Notes: generated from the letters alone by a model not told the origin. DNA of 20,000 nucleotides from an uncultured virus (IMG/VR IMGVR_UViG_3300013126_000020) (IMGVR_UViG_3300013126_000020), one strand, 5' to 3'. Positions 1 through 8,157 are shown, numbered from the stretch's first letter. Numbers and translations are program-made.

Positions 1-1
1 G

Positions 2-826
2 GTCAAGGTTGGTGCATCAAATGCAGATGGCCACTATCCGCGCCAGGAAGAGCTAGCAGCCATGCGAGATGTGTTCGAGCACGCTCAGTATGACAAGGAT
101 TTCAAGGTGTTTACTCATCCGGATGTCACGATTGAGCGGGTTGGCTTCAATGGCGGCATTCTTGACATCTCCGCTGACCTAAACTTTATCCTGGACAATA
201 TCTTCATTGGCCTAATGGTGCCCAAGGCAGTCATCACTCAAGAAGGCGCCTCATACGCGTCGGCCTCCGTGGCACTAGACGTCATTCGACAGAGGTATAA
301 TAACTTCCGTACGAAGATGACTAACTGGCTCGTAAACAAGATCTTTGCGCCGATGGCAGAGGCTAATGATTTTTATGAGACAATCGACGGTCAAAAGCAC
401 CTGGTACTACCCGATGTAGAGTGGAACCAGATGACCCTGTACGATGTTGATACATACATCGGGCACCTGCTCAATCTTATGGAAAAGACTCCTCCTACCG
501 CTCCTGTTGGAGTTAGTCGCGGCACCGTGTATCGCAGCCTTGGCCTGGACTTCCAGGACGAGCTAGCCAATCAGCGCAAGGAGGCTATTCAGATGGCTAT
601 TCTTGCAAAAGAAATGGCAGCGATTGCAAAGATGTCTCTTTCAGAACTGCGTACGCTTGATCCCGATGCACCAATCATAGAGAAGGATGAGGCACCTCTC
701 CCAGGTGTAGGGGCAGAGGCCGCACCAGAAGGCGGAATGCCTCCTGACATGGGAGGCGGAATGCCGCCGGATATGGGCGCCGGGCCTCCGCCGGGTGGCG
801 CAGAACCACCGCTACCGCCGATCTAA
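2..826 (+). CDS. Portal protein, C-terminal part (5' truncated by window edge)
   Basis: The frame is open from position 2 (VKVGASNADGHYPRQEELAA-MRD...), so ATG 62 is internal. The segment 'IFIGLMVP..VITQEGASYASASVALDV.RQRY..FR..M..WL..KIF.P' resembles the portal stem/wing region. Ends in a disordered Gly/Pro tail. Lies upstream of the protease and capsid genes. Confidence 0.8.
   Translation, partial: VKVGASNADGHYPRQEELAAMRDVFEHAQYDKDFKVFTHPDVTIERVGFNGGILDISADLNFILDNIFIGLMVPKAVITQEGASYASASVALDVIRQRYNNFRTKMTNWLVNKIFAPMAEANDFYETIDGQKHLVLPDVEWNQMTLYDVDTYIGHLLNLMEKTPPTAPVGVSRGTVYRSLGLDFQDELANQRKEAIQMAILAKEMAAIAKMSLSELRTLDPDAPIIEKDEAPLPGVGAEAAPEGGMPPDMGGGMPPDMGAGPPPGGAEPPLPPI
731..778 (+). repeat. 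Tandem 24-bp coding repeat (GGMPPDMG x2) in the portal Gly/Pro tail
   Basis: ggcggaatgcctcctgacatggga followed by ggcggaatgccgccggatatgggc. Confidence 0.85.
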
Positions 827-829
827 GGT

Positions 830-1249
830 ATGAATATAAAATCCGATATAGCTGCCTATGGAAAAGGGGATCGAGCCGCAGAGATGCGGCTTGCCGCTTT
901 TATTCGTCAATGCGAATCTCGCCAGGATATCGCTGGACTGGAGGTCTTATCTGATGCCGGCGGCCGGATTGAAGAGCTGGTTCGGCGCGCAACTGTTGTC
1001 GTGCAAATGGCGCTAGATGCTCGCAAAAAGACATCTGCCGTTAAGCGCAAGTTGCGCGATTATTTGGCCAAAATCGACAGACTTGGCTTCAATACCGATG
1101 CTGCCAAAGAAGATCGCAGATGGGTGCCGCTATTGCGCGAAGCGGCTCAGCTCAGGTGGTCGATAAAGCCGGATCAAGAAATGTATAATATTGATCTAGA
1201 AATAAGGAATAAGATACGCAGAGCCGCGCAACTTGGTGTTAAAATATGA
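830..1249 (+). CDS. Hypothetical protein (139 aa, basic, helical)
   Basis: Starts 3 nt after the portal stop. ATGA overlap with the next gene. Confidence 0.7.
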   Translation: MNIKSDIAAYGKGDRAAEMRLAAFIRQCESRQDIAGLEVLSDAGGRIEELVRRATVVVQMALDARKKTSAVKRKLRDYLAKIDRLGFNTDAAKEDRRWVPLLREAAQLRWSIKPDQEMYNIDLEIRNKIRRAAQLGVKI

Positions 1250-1848
1250 AGACTCAGGTTCAAAAAGTAAAAGAGCGACTTGAGAAGTGGCGCGCGCCGA
1301 TTTCACGTCGCCTGGAGCAGACCGTGTCAGAGACAGCTCTTCCTGACGCACATGACGATGAGCATGATCATGGTGATGAGCCAGTAGATGCCACCAAGAG
1401 CCTGCCGACCGGTGCTCGCCCGCCTCGGGTAACGTCCGGATTCGGCACGATAGTTAGCCCTATTGACGGGGTTAGGCGCATGCACTATGGCGTCGACATT
1501 GGGGCTGGCAAGGGCCCTGCGTACGCAGCCGTAGATGGATACATTCTGCACGCAGGGCCAGCCGGCACTGCAGGAAATATGGTAGTGATCTATCGCAAAG
1601 GCAGCGACGGAAATGGCCACCAGTACAAGTACATGCACCTTGACTCGATATCAGTGATACAGGGCCAGAGGGTGAAGAAAGGGGATCTCATAGGCACGAT
1701 GGGTGAGACGGGCCGCGCCAAAGGCGTACACCTTCACTTGGAGCACTTAGTACTGGTGCCGGCGGGAGATAAATTCCAGAAACTGCACATTCCTCCTACT
1801 GCAGAGGAAATAAATACAGCAGTGCCAGGAGCAATCAAGAGCAAGTAG
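1246..1848 (+). CDS. M23-family (LytM-like) zinc metallopeptidase, probable peptidoglycan hydrolase
   Basis: RVTSGFG, HxxxD motif HYGVD (1483-1497), 'Y.H.D...V..GQ.V..G..IG..G.TG' and HxH motif HLH (1729-1737). The N-terminal extension contains an acidic His-rich stretch, HDDEHDH. Confidence 0.92.
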   Translation: MKTQVQKVKERLEKWRAPISRRLEQTVSETALPDAHDDEHDHGDEPVDATKSLPTGARPPRVTSGFGTIVSPIDGVRRMHYGVDIGAGKGPAYAAVDGYILHAGPAGTAGNMVVIYRKGSDGNGHQYKYMHLDSISVIQGQRVKKGDLIGTMGETGRAKGVHLHLEHLVLVPAGDKFQKLHIPPTAEEINTAVPGAIKSK

Positions 1849-1920
1849 ACGGCTGCCCAGCACAAACATAAGAATAAACTAGTACGATATTGGGCCGATT
1901 TTGAGTCAAATAGGAGCACT

Positions 1921-2811
1921 ATGCCCAAGTATCTAAGCAAGGCACAGGAAAAAACCTGGAGAAAGGCAAAGAAAGCCTTCAAGTCCCAGTCCGGTCGCAA
2001 GCCGGGGCAGAAGGATTGGCCATTGGTCATGCATATTTTCAAGAACATGAACAAAACTGCCGCGGATATAGAAGTCCAGCCTCAAGAAGGATACGTTGAA
2101 GAGGGCATCGAGCTTGCAGAAAAGGTCATGGGCTCCGGCTATTTCTCAGGAATTACAGATGTAGTTGTAGAGACGGGCCAGCCAGACCACTATGGCAAGG
2201 TCGTATCCGATAATCCAAAAAAAATATACATATCCGCAAATAGAATAAAAAGCGAGTTCTCGTCACCGCTAGACCGGGCTTTTCAAATGGCCGTGACCCT
2301 GTGTCACGAGGTTGGCCATATAAGGTCAAAGTTCCAGGGCGGCGAGGGCCCTGCTTATGCCGAGGAGCAGAAATTTGCTCACCTGTTTGGAGAGAAAATA
2401 AAGGCAAATCCAAAGGATTTTGAGAAGTTCACAAAGGCGGCCGCACGCTCAGCCGATATAGTACGCATGGCACATCTGGCAGATGCCAGTGGCCATTATG
2501 CAGCAGCGGATTTCCTTGACGCGGCGCTAATGAAAAGTGCTGCCGACCAGATTGATACCGAGCAGATAATCAACGGCGTTGGCTCTCTAATCGGCTACAT
2601 GGTCAGCAGAGTGTCTCCCGAGAAGCGGGTTAGCTTCAAGCAGAGCATAATTCGTAAAATCAGCCAAATAGGCACCGATCTGGCTCAGAAACGAAAGAAT
2701 CCGTCGGCTGGCATCGGGGCGGTATTTGGCCTACTAAAGAACCTGCTGTCAGGCCTGGATGCATCCCAGATCTCCTATATTATGGGACAGATACTGTCGA
2801 GGTATTCATGA
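1921..2811 (+). CDS. Multidomain protein: basic ChaB-like N-terminal helix pair, HExxH zincin-like domain, LD-x-x-G tag, C-terminal helical domain
   Basis: RBS AGGAG upstream. N-terminal W-x-K-A-K-K-A...W-x-L-V-x-x-I-F-K pattern. CHEVGH followed by a downstream Glu (GGEGPAYAEE). Domain names are by motif resemblance only. Confidence 0.6.
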   Translation: MPKYLSKAQEKTWRKAKKAFKSQSGRKPGQKDWPLVMHIFKNMNKTAADIEVQPQEGYVEEGIELAEKVMGSGYFSGITDVVVETGQPDHYGKVVSDNPKKIYISANRIKSEFSSPLDRAFQMAVTLCHEVGHIRSKFQGGEGPAYAEEQKFAHLFGEKIKANPKDFEKFTKAAARSADIVRMAHLADASGHYAAADFLDAALMKSAADQIDTEQIINGVGSLIGYMVSRVSPEKRVSFKQSIIRKISQIGTDLAQKRKNPSAGIGAVFGLLKNLLSGLDASQISYIMGQILSRYS

Positions 2812-3506
2812 TAAAAAACGCAGGACCGGAGCCCACCGGAATAACGGATCCATCTACTGGTAAGAAGGTTTATGTCTCTACCACGGCTCGAATTACTTTT
2901 CGCAAGCTGCACCCAGAGTGGGTAAAGGCGAAAGTAAAAAATTCTGCCCTAAATGAGGAGATTGCCAAGCAGTTTGCCGCAGCCCCTGTTCTAGAGATAT
3001 TTCTTTCAAAGAAGAACAAGAGCGAGGCCGGCGACGTCCGAGGAACTGAGTCCAGTAAGTTTGTGTGCATACATCGCAACTCCTATGTTTTCGTCATTGC
3101 GGCAAAAGGCACCCACAATCTACCTGCTCCGCCGGCCCCAAAAGAACTGCCTGCATCCATCAAGCTTGCAGAGCAAAATGTAAGGGTGGCCCAGGGCAGA
3201 GATGATTTCCTTCGAGCCCATCGCGGTTGGTTGGAAGACCACTGCTTTGACCTGTTTATTGGCCAGGCAGCACTTGACGAGAAGGGCGCTCAGATGCTGC
3301 GCGAATATGCGGAAAAAAATGGCGGCTTCAAGGCTATCAAGAATATGACTGCCGACCAGGCCCGGCAGATTGCCAGCAATCAGGCCAGTGCAATGGCGCG
3401 AACCATGCTTTCCGAGGATCAGCGTGGACAGCTTACGCGGGAGCCGGGCCTCCTAAATGATCGTCCGGGCAATCTGGCAGTCCCTTTTGCATTTCCTCTT
3501 GAGTGA
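2808..3506 (+). CDS. Hypothetical protein (232 aa)
   Basis: ATGA overlap with the upstream gene. Long ORF that fills the operon. Confidence 0.75.
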   Translation: MIKNAGPEPTGITDPSTGKKVYVSTTARITFRKLHPEWVKAKVKNSALNEEIAKQFAAAPVLEIFLSKKNKSEAGDVRGTESSKFVCIHRNSYVFVIAAKGTHNLPAPPAPKELPASIKLAEQNVRVAQGRDDFLRAHRGWLEDHCFDLFIGQAALDEKGAQMLREYAEKNGGFKAIKNMTADQARQIASNQASAMARTMLSEDQRGQLTREPGLLNDRPGNLAVPFAFPLE

Positions 3507-3518
3507 GTGGTGACCAGC

Positions 3519-4070
3519 ATGCGTAAAAACTCAAATGTGGAATTTTCAGTTCCGGTCTCAGAGGGCGAGAAGGCGCGCGCAACAGACCTCAGGGACAAGA
3601 TCAAAGAATTTTGCGAGCATGTCGAGAAGTTCAATGAGTTTTCCGAAGTCCTAACCGAATCGCTGGACCAGATAACATCTGGAGACCAGCTTATTCCGAT
3701 TGGTGCGCTTTTCAAGAAGTACCAGTACAAGCTGCGGGCACATTTCAACAACTGCGTGAAGTCTTTCTCCCTTGTTCTAGTGTCATATGGCAAGCTATAT
3801 TCTGAGTCAAGAACCGATCAGATACGAGATGTAATACTGAATACATTCTCAGAGGCCCGCACCGAATTTATAAATCTAATGACCATAATGGATGACTTTG
3901 ACGCAGAGAGCTTTGTCGCGGACGCAAAAGCATCTCAGCAACAAATCAATAATTATCTGGAAAAAGTACTGGTTAGCGCCCGCGACGAGTGGATCTCGCA
4001 CATAGACAAGAATATACTTGGAAAACTAAAACTGGCATCCGACTTCTCGCTCGTAAAGGTAACAAAATGA
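3519..4070 (+). CDS. Hypothetical alpha-helical protein (about 183 aa) upstream of the prohead protease
   Basis: ATG at 3519 preceded by GAGTGGTG (the track uses GTG 3507). Amphipathic helical composition. ATGA overlap with the next ORF. Confidence 0.75.
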   Translation: MRKNSNVEFSVPVSEGEKARATDLRDKIKEFCEHVEKFNEFSEVLTESLDQITSGDQLIPIGALFKKYQYKLRAHFNNCVKSFSLVLVSYGKLYSESRTDQIRDVILNTFSEARTEFINLMTIMDDFDAESFVADAKASQQQINNYLEKVLVSARDEWISHIDKNILGKLKLASDFSLVKVTK

Positions 4071-4219
4071 TAATTAAATACGGAACATCTGACCCCGCCA
4101 CCCTTGTAGACACGAAGAATATTCCTTCATGGCTAAGCGATAAAACGGTGCCGGTAGCCACTGGCACTGACGAGTCAGAGTCCCCTTCTGACCAGGAAGG
4201 CAGCGCGGAGGAAGAATGA
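4067..4219 (+). CDS. Small acidic-tailed protein, 50 aa (MIIKYGTSDP...GSAEEE)
   Basis: ATGA overlaps at both ends (4067-4070 and 4216-4219) and AAGGT upstream. The track's 3989 start is probably too long. Confidence 0.65.
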   Translation: MIIKYGTSDPATLVDTKNIPSWLSDKTVPVATGTDESESPSDQEGSAEEE

Positions 4220-7200
4220 GCATTATCAAGAGTGGTTTTATTGCCGGCAATTCCCTGGGAATTGTCAGCAATGCAAAGCTAAATGACGATCCGGCAGTGC
4301 ATGCTCGATTTGCTGCCGTTACCGATACTCTGCGAGCGGAGCAGAAGAAGCGGGGCGCCACTGAACTGTCGCCATACGTTGACGATTTTCTTTATGCTAG
4401 CTGCATCATGATGCATGCTGCCGAATCAGCTCTTATAAATCAGGAGACCGGAGAGGTCATTAAGACCGCTGATGGCAAGGCTGTTGCGGGTTGGTTTGAG
4501 CGCTATGATGCAGCAGACGGTCGCGAAACTGCTCGCTGGGTTAGTCCCGATGGAATTCGCCCAACGAAGAATAACAATGGAGACATCTTTCCAGAGAGCG
4601 AGCTCCTAAAGGCTTATAAAAACTGGATCGGCAAGCCGCTGTGCAAGGACCATGTGTCCAGCTCTGTTGATGGCATCCGGGGCGTAATAGTTGATACTTT
4701 TTATGACCCAAAGTTCAAGCGTGTTCATGCGCTCTTTGCACTTGACAAGAAGAATTACCCAGACCTCGCCCGCAAGGTAGAGGCCGGATACGCCACAAAC
4801 GTCTCAATGGGAACCGCCGTCGGTCGCTCGATCTGTAGCGAGTGCCAGAATGTGGCCACCGTAGCTTCTGAATTTTGCGGTCACGTAAAGGCGCGAACCC
4901 ATTACGGCGAAATAAATCTTGATCTGAATCCAATCGAGCTCAGCATTGTGGTTACAGGAGCAGATCCTCGTGCCAAGATCCGCAAGATCGTTGCCAGTCT
5001 CGATGAATATCGCGCGCAGGCAGATGCGCTGCGCAAGATTAAGGGCGTGCCGCTCGAGGTGCTTGCTGCCGTTGACAGCGAGATTGGCAGCCTGCAGGAA
5101 GATGTCACAAGAGGCATCCCGCCCGGGGACGTATCGCTTGATCGCTTGTTTGAACTGATTGGCCTTGTAGAGGCTAATGATGAAAAAACCGGCGCTCTAG
5201 GAATGGCGGCGTCGAAACTTTTCGAGTACATGAACGAGGTTGGTCTGAGCGCTATCCATTCGGCTCTCCTTACCTCAGGTGACGATAAGAGTGAAGAACT
5301 CTTTAAGGCCTTGTCAAGGATAAAAAATCTTTCTGACTCCGAGGATATGGTCAAGGAGGCATCCAAGGCAATAGGCAGGCTCACCGAACTTGCGCTTGGT
5401 GTATCTGACAGTGTCACTAGTATGCCCCCTTCTTCCGCGACTGGATCGTCTCCGCTGGGCGATGACGCCCGGTCCGGAACAGGGACCAGAGGGCCCATGA
5501 CTGGCGATCCGGCTGGCACAGCCAGCTCAGGCACAGGGATTGATCCGTTTGGGCGGAACAGTACGTCTGGTGGACACGGATCTCCTCCAGAGGGCGATTT
5601 GTTTGGGCTAGCATCCGTATATAGGGACGTTCCGTTGAAAAAAGGTGCAGCCGAGTACAAAAAAGACTCTGATGCCATTTCTGAAAGAATAACATCTATT
5701 AAAAACAGTTTGGATAGTTTGAAATCGTGTCTCCCGACCCAGAAGGCGGGAGTGGGAACAGGAGATATTATGACGTTTGATGAACTACGGAAGCGTGCTA
5801 ATCTGCGTAAGAAGGCTTACATGCAGGGCACAGAAGAGCCAAAGGCTTATGCCCCCATGGGCGATCCAGATCTACGCGAGGGCGATCACCACCTCCACGG
5901 CGAGGAGCTCGACACTTCCGTAGCTAATCCAGATCAGAAGGTAAAGGAGATGCTTCACCGCGCATCGCTGGACGAGCGTCGCGCTGCCCGCGCAGAGAAG
6001 CTTCGTGCCATTTCCGCTGAGCTAAAGGCCGTGCCAATGCAGGGCAACAAGGCAGTCGTCGTTGACACCACCAAGGGTTCCGGCAAAGTTGTTCAGATGG
6101 CCGATGATCACTCTGATGACGAAGGTCAGGACGCTGATGACAAGGATCTGATGAAGGCCGAGGCCGCTCTCCTGCGCCGTCTCGAGATCCTCAAGGAAGC
6201 TGCCAAGAAGAAGGGCAAGAAGGCCGAGAAGAAGGACTCGGAAGATGAGAAGAAGGAGCCCAAGGCAACAAAGGGCATGAAAGGCATGAAGGAAGAGCAT
6301 GATGCCAAGGCCGCAAAGGGCGCGAAGCCCATGAAGAAGAAGGCATATCCTCAGGGCACCGAAGAGCCAAAGGCTTACGCCCCCATGGGCGACCCGGATC
6401 TCCGCGACGGCGATCATCACCTCCACGGTGAGGAGCTCGATACCAAGGTCAGCAACCCTGATCAGAAGGTAAAGGAGCTCATTCAGCGCGCCGGCCTCAA
6501 GGCTCGTCTGACGAAGTCTGCCAATGTTGAGCGCTCACGCTGGTCGGTTCTTGCCGGCGACAAGGAAGTCTTCAGCGTAACCGCTGGGGATGCGTACAAC
6601 GTTCACCTCAATAAGCAGAGCGACGTTGCCGGCAAGACCTGGGGAGAGCTATTTGTATCGCCAGAGTACGGCAAGCAGCTCATGGCTCAGATTCGTGCAG
6701 GCAATATTTCCAAGCTCGCGGCCGAGCTCGATGCAGCCAAGGAGTCAGCTGCCGATGCTCCGATGCCAGCTCCGCCGGCTGATGCTGGCATGGCTGCGCC
6801 TCCTGCTCCGGCTCCAGCTCCAATGGTTGAGCCAGCTCCAGAGCCAGCTCCTGGTAACGAGGCCGATGACATGAAGGATCGCGTCATGGGCGCTCTTGAG
6901 AAGCTCGAAGGCTGCGTTGCTGACCTCAAGGCCGCAGTCCTTGGTGACGACGCCGGCGTTAGCGATGTTGACGTAGAGGCGCCAATGGCTGCCACTGCCT
7001 CACTGCAGCGCGGGATGTTCGAGGCTCACGCTTCGCTAAACTCACTCGCCAGCGAGCTTCGCTTCCTAGTCCGCGATGCCGACCTGGCTGATCCAAGCGT
7101 TCGCCTCGCCGCTCGCGCTGCGATTCGCGACAGCCACCTGGCCGTAATCGAGGCAAATGAGCGCATTGCTGCGTATCAAGATGCCTGCGCCGAGGACGCC

Positions 7201-8136
7201 GCCATGGCTCTTGATGACGAGGAGCTTGATCAGGTAGCTGAAGAGGTTGAGAGCGCCATCGATGAGCACATCGAAGGCGACCCATCTCACGATGACCTGG
7301 AGCAGGCCCTAAACGACCTTCGCGAAGAGCTCAAGGCGCTCGAGGATAAGGTCGAGGATGTCGCGGAGTTGGCAGAAGAGAAGGCCGAGGATGAGGAGGA
7401 CAAGGACGAGGAGGCCGATGCCATGGATGACATGTCCAAGCGTGCCGCCATGCGCCAGCAGCTCGTTGCTCGCGCCGCGAAGATGGACATGGTCAGCTCC
7501 GACCCGATGCTCAACGTTCACGGCAAGGGCGAAGGCAAGCTCGACTTCGGCATGAAGACGCAAGGCGATGCCGACTCGGACGTCCAGAGCGTATTCGAGG
7601 CCCAGGAAATGGCGATGAAGACCATGGAAGGTGTCAAGAAGGCTGCTGCCGGAATTGCTACCGCCGTACGCCAGGGTACGATCAAGGAGTCGCAGCTCGA
7701 CGCCCTTGTAGCCGTGGCTGCCGTCGATGCCGAAGCAGTCAAGTACTACCGCGAGTACTTCGGCAAGACCGACAGCGAGTTCGCCAAGGGCCTTGTTTCT
7801 GAGTTCAAGAAGTCAGCTAGCTCGAACGAGGATATTGGCTTCCGCTACAAGCGCGCTTACGCGGTTGCTATCGACGCCCAGGCTCGCGGCCTCATCAGCC
7901 AGGGTCGTGCCGCTCTCGATGAGTGCGCGGAGACCCTTGCTACCGGCAGCGATGCTAACTTTGACAGCTTCAAGCGCATGGTTGGCAACGTTAAGCCACA
8001 GGCCCGCACCGCCGGCATCGTCCCACAGATGGGCGTAGTTGATGGCGGAGAGTCGAACACCCGCACTGCCTCCGACAAGGGCAGTGTTGATGTCCGCGAC
8101 TGGCGCAGCCTCGGCAAGGCTCTGTTCGACATCTGA
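4216..8136 (+). CDS. Prohead (capsid maturation) protease fused to a long scaffold/core protein, 1306 aa
   Basis: RBS GGAGG. The N-terminal about 260 aa carry HK97-gp4/assemblin-type motifs: NGD.F...EL, KDH (H146), VSMG (S197), IELS.V..GADP.A.I (E241), plus a CxxC-x10-CxH insert. The remainder is a charged, Ala-rich, coiled-coil/low-complexity scaffold-like sequence. Followed by a strong terminator. Confidence 0.85.
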   Translation: MSIIKSGFIAGNSLGIVSNAKLNDDPAVHARFAAVTDTLRAEQKKRGATELSPYVDDFLYASCIMMHAAESALINQETGEVIKTADGKAVAGWFERYDAADGRETARWVSPDGIRPTKNNNGDIFPESELLKAYKNWIGKPLCKDHVSSSVDGIRGVIVDTFYDPKFKRVHALFALDKKNYPDLARKVEAGYATNVSMGTAVGRSICSECQNVATVASEFCGHVKARTHYGEINLDLNPIELSIVVTGADPRAKIRKIVASLDEYRAQADALRKIKGVPLEVLAAVDSEIGSLQEDVTRGIPPGDVSLDRLFELIGLVEANDEKTGALGMAASKLFEYMNEVGLSAIHSALLTSGDDKSEELFKALSRIKNLSDSEDMVKEASKAIGRLTELALGVSDSVTSMPPSSATGSSPLGDDARSGTGTRGPMTGDPAGTASSGTGIDPFGRNSTSGGHGSPPEGDLFGLASVYRDVPLKKGAAEYKKDSDAISERITSIKNSLDSLKSCLPTQKAGVGTGDIMTFDELRKRANLRKKAYMQGTEEPKAYAPMGDPDLREGDHHLHGEELDTSVANPDQKVKEMLHRASLDERRAARAEKLRAISAELKAVPMQGNKAVVVDTTKGSGKVVQMADDHSDDEGQDADDKDLMKAEAALLRRLEILKEAAKKKGKKAEKKDSEDEKKEPKATKGMKGMKEEHDAKAAKGAKPMKKKAYPQGTEEPKAYAPMGDPDLRDGDHHLHGEELDTKVSNPDQKVKELIQRAGLKARLTKSANVERSRWSVLAGDKEVFSVTAGDAYNVHLNKQSDVAGKTWGELFVSPEYGKQLMAQIRAGNISKLAAELDAAKESAADAPMPAPPADAGMAAPPAPAPAPMVEPAPEPAPGNEADDMKDRVMGALEKLEGCVADLKAAVLGDDAGVSDVDVEAPMAATASLQRGMFEAHASLNSLASELRFLVRDADLADPSVRLAARAAIRDSHLAVIEANERIAAYQDACAEDAAMALDDEELDQVAEEVESAIDEHIEGDPSHDDLEQALNDLREELKALEDKVEDVAELAEEKAEDEEDKDEEADAMDDMSKRAAMRQQLVARAAKMDMVSSDPMLNVHGKGEGKLDFGMKTQGDADSDVQSVFEAQEMAMKTMEGVKKAAAGIATAVRQGTIKESQLDALVAVAAVDAEAVKYYREYFGKTDSEFAKGLVSEFKKSASSNEDIGFRYKRAYAVAIDAQARGLISQGRAALDECAETLATGSDANFDSFKRMVGNVKPQARTAGIVPQMGVVDGGESNTRTASDKGSVDVRDWRSLGKALFDI
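5770..8136 (+). CDS. Nested in-frame scaffold protein (788 aa) from an internal start
   Basis: AGGAG-ATATT-ATG at 5760-5772, in frame with 4216. AT-rich CTATTAAAA at 5696. Codon usage changes abruptly at this point (AAG/GAG/CTC/GCC dominate downstream; AAA/ATA/AGG are common just upstream). Confidence 0.65.
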   Translation: MTFDELRKRANLRKKAYMQGTEEPKAYAPMGDPDLREGDHHLHGEELDTSVANPDQKVKEMLHRASLDERRAARAEKLRAISAELKAVPMQGNKAVVVDTTKGSGKVVQMADDHSDDEGQDADDKDLMKAEAALLRRLEILKEAAKKKGKKAEKKDSEDEKKEPKATKGMKGMKEEHDAKAAKGAKPMKKKAYPQGTEEPKAYAPMGDPDLRDGDHHLHGEELDTKVSNPDQKVKELIQRAGLKARLTKSANVERSRWSVLAGDKEVFSVTAGDAYNVHLNKQSDVAGKTWGELFVSPEYGKQLMAQIRAGNISKLAAELDAAKESAADAPMPAPPADAGMAAPPAPAPAPMVEPAPEPAPGNEADDMKDRVMGALEKLEGCVADLKAAVLGDDAGVSDVDVEAPMAATASLQRGMFEAHASLNSLASELRFLVRDADLADPSVRLAARAAIRDSHLAVIEANERIAAYQDACAEDAAMALDDEELDQVAEEVESAIDEHIEGDPSHDDLEQALNDLREELKALEDKVEDVAELAEEKAEDEEDKDEEADAMDDMSKRAAMRQQLVARAAKMDMVSSDPMLNVHGKGEGKLDFGMKTQGDADSDVQSVFEAQEMAMKTMEGVKKAAAGIATAVRQGTIKESQLDALVAVAAVDAEAVKYYREYFGKTDSEFAKGLVSEFKKSASSNEDIGFRYKRAYAVAIDAQARGLISQGRAALDECAETLATGSDANFDSFKRMVGNVKPQARTAGIVPQMGVVDGGESNTRTASDKGSVDVRDWRSLGKALFDI
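5809..6492 (+). repeat. Two-copy 156-bp / 52-aa direct repeat (5809-5964 and 6337-6492) in the scaffold
   Basis: KKAYMQGTEEPKAYAPMGDPDLREGDHHLHGEELDTSVANPDQKVKEMLHRA vs KKAYPQGTEEPKAYAPMGDPDLRDGDHHLHGEELDTKVSNPDQKVKELIQRA: 45/52 identical by manual alignment, with many synonymous differences. Confidence 0.97.
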
Positions 8137-8157
8137 GCGAGAGCCGAAGCCAAAGAG

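Noticed and set aside
4902..5678. Long minus-strand ORFs (258 aa here; also 9261..9866, 12773..13408 and many shorter ones)
   Set aside because: They lie antisense to well-supported + strand genes, are Ser/Ala-rich shadow translations and have no recognisable motifs.
5809..6492. Repeat considered as a CRISPR array, DGR template/variable pair or mobile-element ends
   Set aside because: Only two copies, both in frame in one ORF. Differences are mostly synonymous and not restricted to adenines. No RT, cas or transposase gene in the window.
4216..8136. Intein or intron explaining the large protease ORF
   Set aside because: No C/S...HN-C/S/T splice-junction pattern or LAGLIDADG/HNH motifs seen; the extra length is scaffold-like.
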